Below, in pieces: positions 50,046 through 62,505 of a stretch of DNA of 64,000 bases (the first letter of the stretch is position 1; each line of letters begins with the position of its first letter). The DNA is from Verrucomicrobiota bacterium (lineage in GTDB: Bacteria; Verrucomicrobiota; Verrucomicrobiia; Limisphaerales; UBA8199), in the NCBI GenBank assembly GCA_012517205.1, contig JAAYVL010000022.1:85384-149383 (forward strand), in the 5' to 3' direction. Under the pieces are notes generated by a model that did no database searches, was not told the DNA's origin, and saw only the letters and a program-made list of their open reading frames with translations. A program made the translations under genes and the position numbers.

Positions 50046-51026
50046 ATGCCCACCCCAACCGTCGCCGTCATTATTCCCACCTATAACCGCTGGCCCCTGG
50101 TGGCGCGTGCGATCGAGTCTGTGCTGGCGCAATCTCATGCCGCTACGGAGTGCGTCGTCGTGGACGATGGCTCGACCGATGGCACCCCCGGCCACGTGCG
50201 CGCGCAGTTTGGCGAGCGGGTGCGCCGGATCGTGCTGCCCCAAAACGGGGAGAAGTCAGCGGCTCGCAACGCCGGGATTCGCGCGGCCACCGCGGAGTAC
50301 GTTTGTATGCTCGACTCGGACGACGAGTTGCCCCGGCACTCGGTGCGGGATCGGCTGGGCGTTTTTCTGCGCGATCCCGCGTTCAACGGCGTGGCCTATG
50401 GCTTTACCAGCCTGGGGACCGATGCGGACGAAGCCCGCCGGGCGGGCCAGGCCGCTCCCGAGGGCGACGTGTTGCTGGCGTATATCCGCCACCCCTTCGT
50501 GCATAACAACGCATTTCTGCTCTCGCGTCCCAACATGCTGCAGCATGGCATGTATCACGAACGCCTCACCCATCGCGAGGACAAGGAACTGCTGATCCGC
50601 CTGGCGGCGAGCCTGGACTTCCGGTGCTGCGGCACCCTGGTGAACCGCTTCCACGCCGTCCGCGGCTCGGCGCGCATGAATTATCGCAAGGCGGCCGCGC
50701 AGGGCTTGCTGATGCTGGAGAGCCTGCGGGCGAATCCCCGGGTGCGGGAGCGGTTGGGCGCCAACTTCCGCCTCCTCGAACAGGCCGAGGTGTGGGAGCA
50801 CCTGCGCGATCTCTACAAGGTGGGCCGCTTTGCGGATTACCGCGCCGCCTGCGCCCGTTCCTGGGCCCTGTTCGCCGGCCGGGGCAAGCTGCGGCGGCGG
50901 TTGCTCCGGCGCTGGATTGGCTCCTGGGTTCTGCAGGCTTTGGCCGTTGGCCAGGCGGATCGCGTCCCGCAAAACCCGGCGGCTGCGGGAGCCCTTGCTC
51001 CCCCTTCCAAACCCGACCGGGAGTAA
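50046..51026 (+). CDS. family 2 glycosyltransferase
   Basis: 326 aa. It has VAVIIPTYNRWPLVARAIESVLAQS....ECVVVDDGSTDGT, GEKSAARNAG and the MLDSDDE (DxD) motif. Confidence 0.85.
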   Translation: MPTPTVAVIIPTYNRWPLVARAIESVLAQSHAATECVVVDDGSTDGTPGHVRAQFGERVRRIVLPQNGEKSAARNAGIRAATAEYVCMLDSDDELPRHSVRDRLGVFLRDPAFNGVAYGFTSLGTDADEARRAGQAAPEGDVLLAYIRHPFVHNNAFLLSRPNMLQHGMYHERLTHREDKELLIRLAASLDFRCCGTLVNRFHAVRGSARMNYRKAAAQGLLMLESLRANPRVRERLGANFRLLEQAEVWEHLRDLYKVGRFADYRAACARSWALFAGRGKLRRRLLRRWIGSWVLQALAVGQADRVPQNPAAAGALAPPSKPDRE

Positions 51027-51305
51027 TCGGGAAACCTCCCGTGGGCGCTGCCACCCGGGGGCGGTTATCCCGCGCCAGCAGGTAAAGCGAGGCCCGCGGT
51101 TCCGGCGCGGGCAAGCAGGGGGATGACGGTGGCCGGCGGGCCTTTGCGCGCCCAGGGTATGCGCGATGAATAAGGGCTTGAGGTCTATGCCCGTTCCGGC
51201 AACCCTTTCCCCGTGGCTGTGGAGGCAGGGCGGCCCGGGCTGCAAGCTCACGTTGGGCTGGCAGATCCGCCGCGCTCCCGGCCGTTATGAGAAAGGTTAT
51301 TGTTT

Positions 51306-52241
51306 ATGAAGATAATGGATTCCCCTCGCACCGGAAAACTTGCTTCGGTGGTGTTTTATCCCTCCCGGTTCGGACAATGCGCCCGCACCCGCACGATCCC
51401 TCGAGACCCCAAAACGGAACGCCAAAACCGCATGCGCGCGATCTTCGGCTCCGCTTCCCGCAGTTGGGGCGTGGCGCTGAGCGAAGACCAGCGCCTGCGC
51501 TGGGTGGCTGCCGCCCAGGCCGTCCCGAGCCATCCCTCGCTTGCCCAATACTCGTACCTGAGTGGCCAGCAATTCCACGTCCAGATCAACAGCACCTTGC
51601 AGTGCATCGGCCTGCCGCCGGTCTCCGAACCCCCGGCTCCCGTCACCTTCGGCCCCAACCCTGTCAGCGACCTGGTAATTGACCACGACCCGGAAAAGGG
51701 AACGCGCCTGCGGTTGAATGTTGGCCCGGCCAGCGAAGACATTATGGTATTTGGACAGGCACCGTGCAGCGCCGGCCGAATGAAGCCCCGTCGAGTCTAT
51801 TACCTCGGCCTGCTGGGCCCGGCGGCCGACGGTCAGCGCGACATCACAGACTTGTATACCGCCCGGTTTGGGCGTCCCGCCCCCGGCCAGAAGATTTTTA
51901 TCGCCACCTGCCAAACTAAAGACGGCTGGAAAGCCCGCGAAAGCGTGTTCAGCGCCATCGTCCCGCCGGCCCCCTCCGTTGAAAAGCGGCAAGTACCTTT
52001 AAAAGCGACAGTTGCAGCATCTGCTCCCGCCGCCAAGCCCCAGCCCTCGGCCTCTGCCGCCAAGGTTTCTCCCCCTTTGCATCAGGCCATGTACCAGGGG
52101 AGTACATGGGATGTACCCCGGGAGAACAAGGCGCAAAAGCGTGGGCAGCTGACGAGCATCCCTGGTACACCCCTTGTACACGGCGTATGGGCAGCGCTGC
52201 GGCGGCTATTGCTGCCGGGAATGAGGGAGGTTGAAGCCTGA
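51306..52241 (+). CDS. hypothetical protein, no domain recognised; 3' end runs through palindromic element copy B
   Basis: The ORF is 51300..52241 (TTG). The ATG at 51306 is preceded by GAAAGG. Composition is protein-like through about residue 230, then Pro/Ala-rich. The last 50 or so codons are encoded by the repeat at 52090-52180. Confidence 0.5.
   Translation: MKIMDSPRTGKLASVVFYPSRFGQCARTRTIPRDPKTERQNRMRAIFGSASRSWGVALSEDQRLRWVAAAQAVPSHPSLAQYSYLSGQQFHVQINSTLQCIGLPPVSEPPAPVTFGPNPVSDLVIDHDPEKGTRLRLNVGPASEDIMVFGQAPCSAGRMKPRRVYYLGLLGPAADGQRDITDLYTARFGRPAPGQKIFIATCQTKDGWKARESVFSAIVPPAPSVEKRQVPLKATVAASAPAAKPQPSASAAKVSPPLHQAMYQGSTWDVPRENKAQKRGQLTSIPGTPLVHGVWAALRRLLLPGMREVEA
52090..52180. repeat. 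91-nt palindromic element, copy B (degenerate arms)
   Basis: TGTACCAGGGGAGTACATGGGATGT...GCATCCCTGGTACACCCCTTGTACA has the same length and orientation as copy A. It shares the loop blocks CCGGGAG and GAYGAGCATCCC and the 3' flank CGGC. Twenty of 25 arm positions pair. Confidence 0.8.
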
Positions 52242-53236
52242 TGCAGAACGCCAACGGTGCCCTGAGAGAGCGAAAAGAGCGCCATGAGAGATTGAAAGGT
52301 CCGGCTCCCGGGAGGCGGCGAAGGAAAGCGGCATGGGGCGCGCTTCTCCGCCTTTGGCTGGGGAGCGGGGTACTGGTGCTGCTGCTGTCCTGCGCCGCCG
52401 AGCCGCCCCCAGGCCGGTCGGGCGAGTATCAGCTCTTTGCCCGGACGAACCTGGCGGCTTGGTGCATTGTGCCGTTCGACGCCCGGGCGCGCGGACCGGA
52501 AGAACGGGCGGCGATGCTCGAGCGGCTGGGGTTCAAGCTGTTCGCCTACGATTATCGCGCGCAGCACATTCCGACGTTCGATGCCGAAATGGAGGCGCTC
52601 AAACGTCATGGCATCCGGTTGCTGGCCTGGTGGTTTCCATGGGAGCTGAACGACGAAGCGCGGTTGATTTTGGAGGTGCTCCAGCGCCACCAGTTGCGCG
52701 ACGTCCAACTCTGGGTCAGCGGCGGAGGCCAGCCGACCCGGGATCCGGCCGAGCAGCAGGCGCGCGTCGAAGCCGAGGCTGCCCGCATCCGGGCCATCGC
52801 CCTCGCCGCCAGCCGGATAAGCGCCCAGGTCGCGCTCTACAACCACGGCGCCTGGTTTGGCGAACCGGAGAACCAGATCGCCATTATCGAACATCTCCGA
52901 ACGCAGGGCGTCACCAACGTCGGCATCGTCTATAACCTGCACCACGGCCATGACCATCTCGACCGGTTCCCCGAGCTGCTCCAGAAGATGAAACCGCATC
53001 TGCTCGCGCTCAACCTCAACGGCATGACCCGCGACGGAGAGAAGCGCGGCCGGAAGATCATCCCGCTGGGGCAGGGGGACCTGGATTTGAAGCTGCTGCG
53101 CATCATCCGCGACAGTGGCTGGCGGGGCCCGCTGGGCCTTCTCAACCACACCGACGAAGACGCTCAAACACGCCTGCAGGATAATCTCAGTGGACTTGAC
53201 CAATTGGTCGCGCAGCTCGAAGGCCGGGGAAAATAG
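52241..53236 (+). CDS. xylose-isomerase-like TIM-barrel (sugar phosphate isomerase/epimerase family) protein, probable lipoprotein
   Basis: 331 aa with a lipobox-like LLLSC after a basic, hydrophobic leader. The body (LFAYDYRAQH....FDAEMEALKRHGIRLLAWW, VGIVYNLHHGHDH) resembles AP_endonuc_2-fold proteins. Confidence 0.55.
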   Translation: MQNANGALRERKERHERLKGPAPGRRRRKAAWGALLRLWLGSGVLVLLLSCAAEPPPGRSGEYQLFARTNLAAWCIVPFDARARGPEERAAMLERLGFKLFAYDYRAQHIPTFDAEMEALKRHGIRLLAWWFPWELNDEARLILEVLQRHQLRDVQLWVSGGGQPTRDPAEQQARVEAEAARIRAIALAASRISAQVALYNHGAWFGEPENQIAIIEHLRTQGVTNVGIVYNLHHGHDHLDRFPELLQKMKPHLLALNLNGMTRDGEKRGRKIIPLGQGDLDLKLLRIIRDSGWRGPLGLLNHTDEDAQTRLQDNLSGLDQLVAQLEGRGK

Positions 53237-53282
53237 CTTCCGGTTGACAGGGCGATGGGATGGCCCAGACTGGGCCCGGACT

Positions 53283-53522
53283 ATGAGAATGAGCCATGCG
53301 CACCAGTCCGGGAACCCGCTTGCGAAGTTGGCGGCGGCGGTCGCGGAACGGAGAAGGACCCTTCTGCTTTGCCGAGACGGAAAGCCGGGGGCGGCGATGA
53401 AGGCTGTTGCGCCTGCGTATGCCCGGTTTGAACCCGGCTGGGCGTCGGGGGGCGGGCGCGTCCTTCGTTTTGACCCGGCAGAGCCGCCACGGGAAAAAGC
53501 CCGGCTGGGAGAGGCGCGATGA
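53283..53522 (+). CDS. candidate small ORF, translationally coupled to the next ORF (ATGA overlap)
   Basis: 79 codons, MRMSHAHQSGNPLAKLAAAVAERRR.... The stop TGA (53520-53522) overlaps the ATG at 53519. GC3 is about 70%, like neighbouring genes. No family recognised. Confidence 0.3.
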   Translation: MRMSHAHQSGNPLAKLAAAVAERRRTLLLCRDGKPGAAMKAVAPAYARFEPGWASGGGRVLRFDPAEPPREKARLGEAR

Positions 53523-53782
53523 TTCGGCCGGCTGCACCAGTGGTGACGGAGAACGCAAGCGATCTGTCCGCCCGTTCTCCCGCGGCGGCCAGGTTGTTCC
53601 GCCCCGCCCGGACAACCGGTGTTGCCGCGGTTCAGCAACTCTTCCTGTCGCAGTTGCCGCCCGGTTCAGCCATTGGCTGGCCCCCGGAGCGGAGCATTGC
53701 CTGGTGGCTGGGCTTTGCGGAATCGCCAACCGGCAATTTTCGCCAGCCAGCGGTTCTCCAATCCTCTCAAAGCGAAATATGA
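53519..53782 (+). CDS. candidate small ORF, coupled on both sides by ATGA overlaps
   Basis: 87 aa, MIRPAAPVVTENASDLSARSP...WPPERSIAWWLGFAESPTGNF.... The stop (53780-53782) overlaps the protease ATG at 53779. The alternative frame (ORF 53407..) is Arg-rich nonsense, as expected for an off-frame reading of coding DNA. Confidence 0.35.
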   Translation: MIRPAAPVVTENASDLSARSPAAARLFRPARTTGVAAVQQLFLSQLPPGSAIGWPPERSIAWWLGFAESPTGNFRQPAVLQSSQSEI

Positions 53783-54294
53783 CAACCCCATCATCGGAAC
53801 CCTCAACGCGCCTGCTGGTCATCGGCTACGGCAACACGCTGCGCGGGGACGACGGGGTGGGCCCTCGGGCGGCTGAAGCCATCGCCACACTGGCCCTTCC
53901 CGGAGTGCGCGCCTTGGTTTGCCCGCTGTTGACGCCGGAGTTGGCGGAAGCGGTTTCACAGGCGGGCGTGGTGATCTTTGTGGATGCGGCCGTGGATGCG
54001 CCGCGCGAGGTGCTGATGCGCCCCTTAGCACCGGCGGTCAGTTCGCAAGTCGTGGCGCACGCGGCGAGCCCGGCAACCTTGCTGGCGCTGGCTCGGGACG
54101 TATATGGCCGCGTGCCCGAAGCCTGGTGGCTGACCATTCCCGTCGCGGACCTTGGCATCGGCGAAACGTTCTCGCCGCTGGCGCAGCGCGGCCTGGCGGA
54201 GGCCATCGCAAAAATCCAAAAATGCGCCGCCGAACTTCGTCCGCCGGAAACGCCCGCCGTCGCCCCCCGCGCCCCGCGGACTCCGCCGCAATAA
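53779..54294 (+). CDS. hydrogenase maturation protease family (peptidase A31, HybD/HoxW-like) protein
   Basis: The ORF is 53407..54294 with the internal ATG at 53779. RLLVIGYGNTLRGDDGVGPRAAEAI......V.....LLTPELAEAVSQAGVVIFVDA matches the GNxxxxDDGxG...D(A/G) pattern of A31 endopeptidases. No hydrogenase genes are present in the window. Confidence 0.7.
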   Translation: MTTPSSEPSTRLLVIGYGNTLRGDDGVGPRAAEAIATLALPGVRALVCPLLTPELAEAVSQAGVVIFVDAAVDAPREVLMRPLAPAVSSQVVAHAASPATLLALARDVYGRVPEAWWLTIPVADLGIGETFSPLAQRGLAEAIAKIQKCAAELRPPETPAVAPRAPRTPPQ

Positions 54295-54365
54295 GGCGCC
54301 AGCAAGACGCAAACAACCCTTGCCAGCCCCGGCGGGTTATGCTACAAATGAGCCTGGTCACTGAA

Positions 54366-54439
54366 GCGGGTGTGGTTCAGTGGTAGAATGCGGGCTTCCC
54401 AAGCCTGAGATGAGGGTTCGATTCCCTTCACCCGCTCCA
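54366..54439 (+). tRNA. tRNA-Gly (anticodon CCC)
   Basis: GCGGGTGTGGTTCAGTGGTAGAATGCGGGCTTCCCAAGCCTGAGATGAGGGTTCGATTCCCTTCACCCGCTCCA folds as a cloverleaf with anticodon loop UU-CCC-AA and an encoded CCA. Confidence 0.95.
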
Positions 54440-54692
54440 ATTCCACGTCCTCCTTGAAAGTTTCAGATTTTCCCGCTTTTTCGCCCCGACTCGCACTCAA
54501 AACGCATGATTGGCGCATAAAAGGACACCGGGCGGTCCATGCCGTTACGTAGAGTTGCTTTCGGGCGTTGTGGTACGAGCCCGAGCGGAGGGAGTTGTGC
54601 GCCTCAAAGGGGCAGGGTGCTTCGGCCCCATTGTTCGTTGGGCGTTATCTGACGGCCTCTCCGGGGCGCAGCGAGGGAATACCGCCCGGCGA

Positions 54693-55448
54693 TTATGAAG
54701 CCTTCGGCAACTGCCGGAGCCAATCGTCTATGCGCGCCGTCCCCAGGCGCGCGTTTGGCCCGGGCACCAGGCTGCGTTCCTGCAGCACGGCCCCGAAATA
54801 GCGGGCGCGGGGGTCGGTCACCACGTTTCGGGCGTCATGCGTCGCTTTCAAAAAACGACGCGCCAACTCGTCCTGCCGGATCAGTTCCGGGCCGGCCAAC
54901 TCCACGATGCCGTTCCGGGGCGCTTGCAATGCTATGTCGGCCAGCACGGCAACCACTTCGTCCGCGAGGATGGGTTGCATCCCCGCGGCGGGCAGCCGGA
55001 CCGTTTCCCCGATCGTGGCCAGATCAATAATCGTCTTGATGAACTCAAAGAACTGCGTTGCGCGGACGATGGTGTACGGAATTCGCGCGGCCTGGACGAG
55101 CTGTTCTTGCGCCACCTTCGCCCGATAATGGCCGTTGTCCGGCACGCGATCCACGCCGACGACCGAGAGCAGCACGTGATGCGCAACGCCGGCGCCGGCT
55201 TCCGCGGCCAGGAGGTTGCGGGTGGTGGTGGTAAAAAATTCCATCACCGCCTGGTCCTCGGGCGAGTGCAAATTCAGCACGTCCACCACCACTTGCGCTC
55301 CGGCCAGCGCCGCCGCCAGCCCCTCCCCGGTGAAGGCGTTGACTCCCTGCCTGCGCGAGACAGGTGTTACGGAATGGCCTTGCTCCCTGAAAAACTTGAC
55401 CAATTTGGTTCCGATCAATCCGCTTCCACCAGCAACAACAATTTTCAT
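54693..55448 (-). CDS. NmrA-like / atypical SDR NAD(P)-binding protein
   Basis: The ORF is 54693..55526 with the ATG at 55448. MKIVVAGGSGLIGTKLVKFFREQGHSV is a Rossmann GxxGxxG motif. The length is about 250 aa. Confidence 0.75.
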   Translation of the reverse strand: MKIVVAGGSGLIGTKLVKFFREQGHSVTPVSRRQGVNAFTGEGLAAALAGAQVVVDVLNLHSPEDQAVMEFFTTTTRNLLAAEAGAGVAHHVLLSVVGVDRVPDNGHYRAKVAQEQLVQAARIPYTIVRATQFFEFIKTIIDLATIGETVRLPAAGMQPILADEVVAVLADIALQAPRNGIVELAGPELIRQDELARRFLKATHDARNVVTDPRARYFGAVLQERSLVPGPNARLGTARIDDWLRQLPKAS

Positions 55449-55658
55449 GCTGCCACTATTATAATGCCATAAGTTCTCGCCCGCCAGTTTAAACCTCCAT
55501 CTCCGCGCGCCAGTTCCTGTATCCAACGCGTTGTATTCGGTTCGCCAATCCTGCCCGCCGCCCGGCTTGCTTCCCGAATAAATGGCCTGGCGGTTAAGCT
55601 AAATGCGCTGCAGGTTTGCTTGTCAGCATCGCGTTCTGATGGTATTGGCGATCTAGTC

Positions 55659-58402
55659 ATGCTTAGCCGGGGCCAACTTTTGTCTGCCGTATTCAGTGCC
55701 CTGATGTGTTGTGGCCACGGGGCGTTGAGCGTTGCCGGCCAGTTGCCGGGCTCACCGGAGCATCTGATTGATGTTTGGGATACTGACAGTGGCTTGCCGC
55801 ACAGCACTGTCACGAGCATCGCGCAAACCCCGGATGGCTACTTGTGGGTTGGCACACAGCTGGGAGGACTGGCTCGCTTTGACGGGGTTCGCTTCGTCAC
55901 CTTTCACCCCGGAAACACAGCAGCCCTGCAATCGCTCGAAGTTCGGCAGTTGTTAGTGGACCCGGGGGAACCCTGTGGGTCGGCATGGTGGACGGGCATT
56001 TGCTGTCCCGCCGGCAGGGGAGCTTTCACCTGGAAAGCCAACAACTGCCTACGCCGTTGTCCTGGATCCACTCGCTTATCTTCAGCCGAAGCAACGAAGT
56101 GATGATTTCCAGCTTCGGCGGCTGGCTTTTTCATGGCCGTTCCCAATCCGGCACGAATCGCTGGGAGACGTTCATAGCGCCGGATGGCGACAGCCTCTCC
56201 GCGTTTTGCGAAGACCCCGAAGGCCGCATCTGGTATCGCACGCGAGATGCGTGGCTGGGGGTGTTCGCGAACCAGCAATTTAGCCGGATGCCAACCAACT
56301 GCGGCCTGGCCGGCCTGGTCATCAATGCGCTGACGCGTGATGCGGAGGGGCGAATTTGGGTGGGCACCGACCGGGAAATTGCCGTTTGGGATGGGCGGCA
56401 GTTTATCAACATGACCCCCACCAATGGCGAGCCGGAAATAGTTGTGCGTCAACTGGTGTTCACGGATGACCGCGGGTTGTGGGTGCGCGATGAGACTCGT
56501 CTGCGCAAGTGTTTAGGCCGGGCCTGGGTGGCCGCCGCGGCACCGTGGGATGGGCATTTTCAGCCGGCGGTCAAGCCGTTGGAAATGTATGGGGGCGCGC
56601 AAGGCGGCATCTGGGTGGTGCATTATAGCGACGGCATCTGGCACGTGGATCGGAGCGGCCGGGTGGCGCGCATTTCCCACAAGGAGGGGCTGCCGGCCAA
56701 CCATGTCGAGTCCTGGTTCCAGGATCGCGAAGGCAACATTTGGGCCGGGTTGTCCGGCGGCGGACTGGTGCGCTTGCGGCGGCGCACCTTCCAACAGGTC
56801 TGGCCTGGCGAGAGCCTGCCTGAGCGGGCGGCGCGGTCGGTTTGCGAGGATGCGGCAGGCGCCATGTGGTTTGGCACTTCCGGTGATGTTTTTCTTCGCT
56901 GGCAGGAGGGTCAGTTTTCGACCCTGGTCCCGCCGGTGGAAACAACGTCGGGGCGCGACGGAACGGTTTGCCTGGATGCCGCCGGCCGCGTCTGGCTGGG
57001 CACGGTGTTAAATGGCGCCTGGGTGTTGGAAACCAATGGCCTGCGCCGGCCGTTTCCAGCCAGCGCCATTGGAACGGTGGTTCGCGCGTTGTTTGCGGAT
57101 CGCGCCGGCCGCGTCTGGATTGGGAATGAGTTTGGGCTTTATTGCTGGGAGAACGGCGCGTTGAAGACCTTTTCCGCTCAGGAGGGGTTCGGGCCCGGCT
57201 TGGTGTATGCCATCACCGAAGGCAAGGATGGCACCTTGTGGTTCGGTACCGCCGAGGGAGAATTGCGGCAATTCAAGGGCGGGCGTTTCGTCACTTACCG
57301 GCCGCAAGACCGGTTTGGCGCCACCCGTTTCTGGGCGCTCCTGGCCGACCACGATGGCGTGGTCTGGATAGGCACGCTCGGCGGCGGATTGCTGCGGTTT
57401 GAAGAAGGCCAGTTTGTGCGCTACACGATGCGCGACGGCTTGCCCAATGAGCATGTGAGCCAGATCCTGGAAGCCCAGCGCGGAGATTTGTGGTTGGGGA
57501 CACGAGCCGGCATCGCCCGCGTCCGCAAGATAGATCTCGATCAGTTTGCCCGCGGCGAAACGAAATCTGTGCCGTTCGTGACCTATGGCAAGTTCGACGG
57601 GTTGCCCAGCGTGGAATGTTCCGGCGGCTACCAGCCGGGTTGCTGGCGCAGTCGGAATGGGAGCCTGTGGTTTACCACGGCCAAAGGCGTCGTTTCTGTG
57701 AAACCAAAAGATATTCCTTTTAATCCCTGGCCTCCTCCGGTGGTCATCGAGGAAGTGCTCGTGGATGGCAAGGTTCACAGCCCTGCGGTTGAATCCCGGC
57801 GGCCGGAGGCGGCGAACGGCGCGAAGTTCGCTCCGCACCGCCCGTGCCTTCCGCGGGTAGAGATGGGGCCCGGGCGCCACTACCTTGAAATCCATTTCAC
57901 CGGACTGAGTCTCATCGCGCCGGATAAGGTCCAATTCAAATACCGCATGGAGGGGGTTGATCCCGGGTGGGTTGAAGCCGGCAACCAGCGCCTGGCGATT
58001 TACAATTTCATTCCGCCAGGGGAGTATCGCTTTCGCGTGCTGGCCTGCAATAACGATGGTGTGTGGAACGAGGAGGGCGCCACCCTGGCGCTGGAGGTGC
58101 GGCCCTATTTTTGGCAAACGTTGTGTTTCAAAATCCTGGGGGGGATTCTGCTGGTGGGCGGTTCAGGCGGGGCGATAGGCTTCTACGAGCGGCGCAAGGC
58201 CCGGCGCAAACTCGAGCGCGTGCAACAGCAGCGCGCGCTGGAACGCGAGCGCGCCCGCATTGCCAAGGATATCCATGATGATCTCGGCGCCAACCTCACG
58301 CGCATCACCCTGTTGAGCGATTCGGTTCGGAGCGACTTGGGCGACACGGCCCAGGCCGAGGTCCACCTGGACCGGATTTCCGCCACGGCGCGCGGAAAAT
58401 AA
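55659..58402 (+). pseudogene. two-component-regulator-propeller / Y_Y_Y sensor histidine kinase, frameshifted and truncated before the ATPase domain
   Basis: The N-terminal ORF (signal peptide plus GYLWVGTQLGGLARFDG) runs in frame 0 to about 55968, then continues in frame 2 (GTLWVGMVDGHL...) across the run CCCGGGGG (55961-55968). Downstream are the Y_Y_Y region, a TM and the HisKA_3 H-box ERARIAKDIHDDLGANL. The frame stops at 58402 with no HATPase_c anywhere before uvrA. Confidence 0.75.
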
Positions 58403-58686
58403 AGCGCGACTCGCGGCGGCCGCAAGGATCGTTTCCTTCTCGTTTCCGGCTCATTCCGCCGCTTTCACGCAGGCGGTTGGGGAGAGCCATCCATCTCGAT
58501 CGCTGCGATCTGCCTGTGCCGGTTGAGGCCAGCGCATGCCGCCCGCGGCACCCAAGGTGAAATAGCGGCGCGTCGTTTGCCTCTGCGCTGGCTGCCCGGC
58601 CCGCCCCTGTTTCAGCATTGGGGTCGCGACGTTTCGGCTGTTGGGCGAGGCAGGCGCGGGCGGCCGAAGATGGCGGGCGCCGCCAG

Positions 58687-61722
<3,036 letters not shown>

Positions 61723-61936
61723 AGATTGCGATTCGGACCATTAGACATTACCCCGGGGCGCAAGGCAACTGTCCGCACCCGTGGTTTTTCCGGGAGGCCG
61801 GTTCATCCGCCGGCCGCTGGCCCGGCCAGCGGCATCGCCGGCCGTCCCGGGACGAGCGGGGCCGGCGCGCCGGGCGTGGCGCTGCCGTTCGGGGGCTCCG
61901 GCCCGCCCGGCCCGCGCCCGGCGCGCGCGCGGGCCG

Positions 61937-62401
61937 CTACAACCGCAAATACTCCGGCCTGATTTCGTCCGGCTGGCAGTGCAGGATGGCGGCGCTGCGC
62001 TCGAGGCCGAAGCGCGGCTTGCCGGCGTAGCCCGGATTGAAGAAGAGCGTTCCGCCCAGGCGCTGGCAAAAGGGCTTGTGCGTGTGGCCAAACACCACCA
62101 CGTCCGGCCGCTCGCGGGCAAGCCGGGCGCGCAGGGGCTCGGCGGGCGCCTGCGGTTTGACAATGTGCTGGAGGAGAAACTTGCGGCCTCCCAGGAGGGC
62201 GATCGCCGTTTCCGGGTAGCCCAACCCGGGATCATCGGTATTGCCCCCCACCGCGGTCACCGGCGCGATTTGCTCCAGCTCCAGCAGGACGATCGGCAGG
62301 CCGATATCGCCGCCGTGGAGAATATGATCCACATCCGCAAAGAGGCGCGAGATGCGGGGGTCGAGGTAGTTGTGCGTATCGGAAAGAACGCCGATCTTCA
62401 T
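61937..62401 (-). CDS. YfcE/MJ0936-family metallophosphoesterase
   Basis: 154 aa with the motifs MKIGVLSDTHN, HGGDI, GNTD and FGHTH. Confidence 0.85.
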   Translation of the reverse strand: MKIGVLSDTHNYLDPRISRLFADVDHILHGGDIGLPIVLLELEQIAPVTAVGGNTDDPGLGYPETAIALLGGRKFLLQHIVKPQAPAEPLRARLARERPDVVVFGHTHKPFCQRLGGTLFFNPGYAGKPRFGLERSAAILHCQPDEIRPEYLRL

Positions 62402-62505
62402 AGAGCAGGGTGCGGGGCGCGCGGGGGGAGGCGCATTTCGTGAGGCTGGCGCTCGGGAAAGGGGCCGCGCCGGTTTCCGCTGCCGCCCGGCCGGTGATTG
62501 GCCGC

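Noticed and set aside
53407-53778. The N-terminal extension of the A31 protease ORF (295-aa version).
   Set aside because: The extension is Arg-rich and lacks protein-like composition. The conserved protease domain begins right after the ATG at 53779, which is coupled by ATGA to an upstream ORF in another frame.
54440-54692. The region downstream of tRNA-Gly as an integration site (att) for an island carrying the NmrA-like gene and the decayed sensor kinase.
   Set aside because: I could find no direct repeat of the tRNA 3' end and no integrase. The idea is plausible but unsupported without a computational repeat search.
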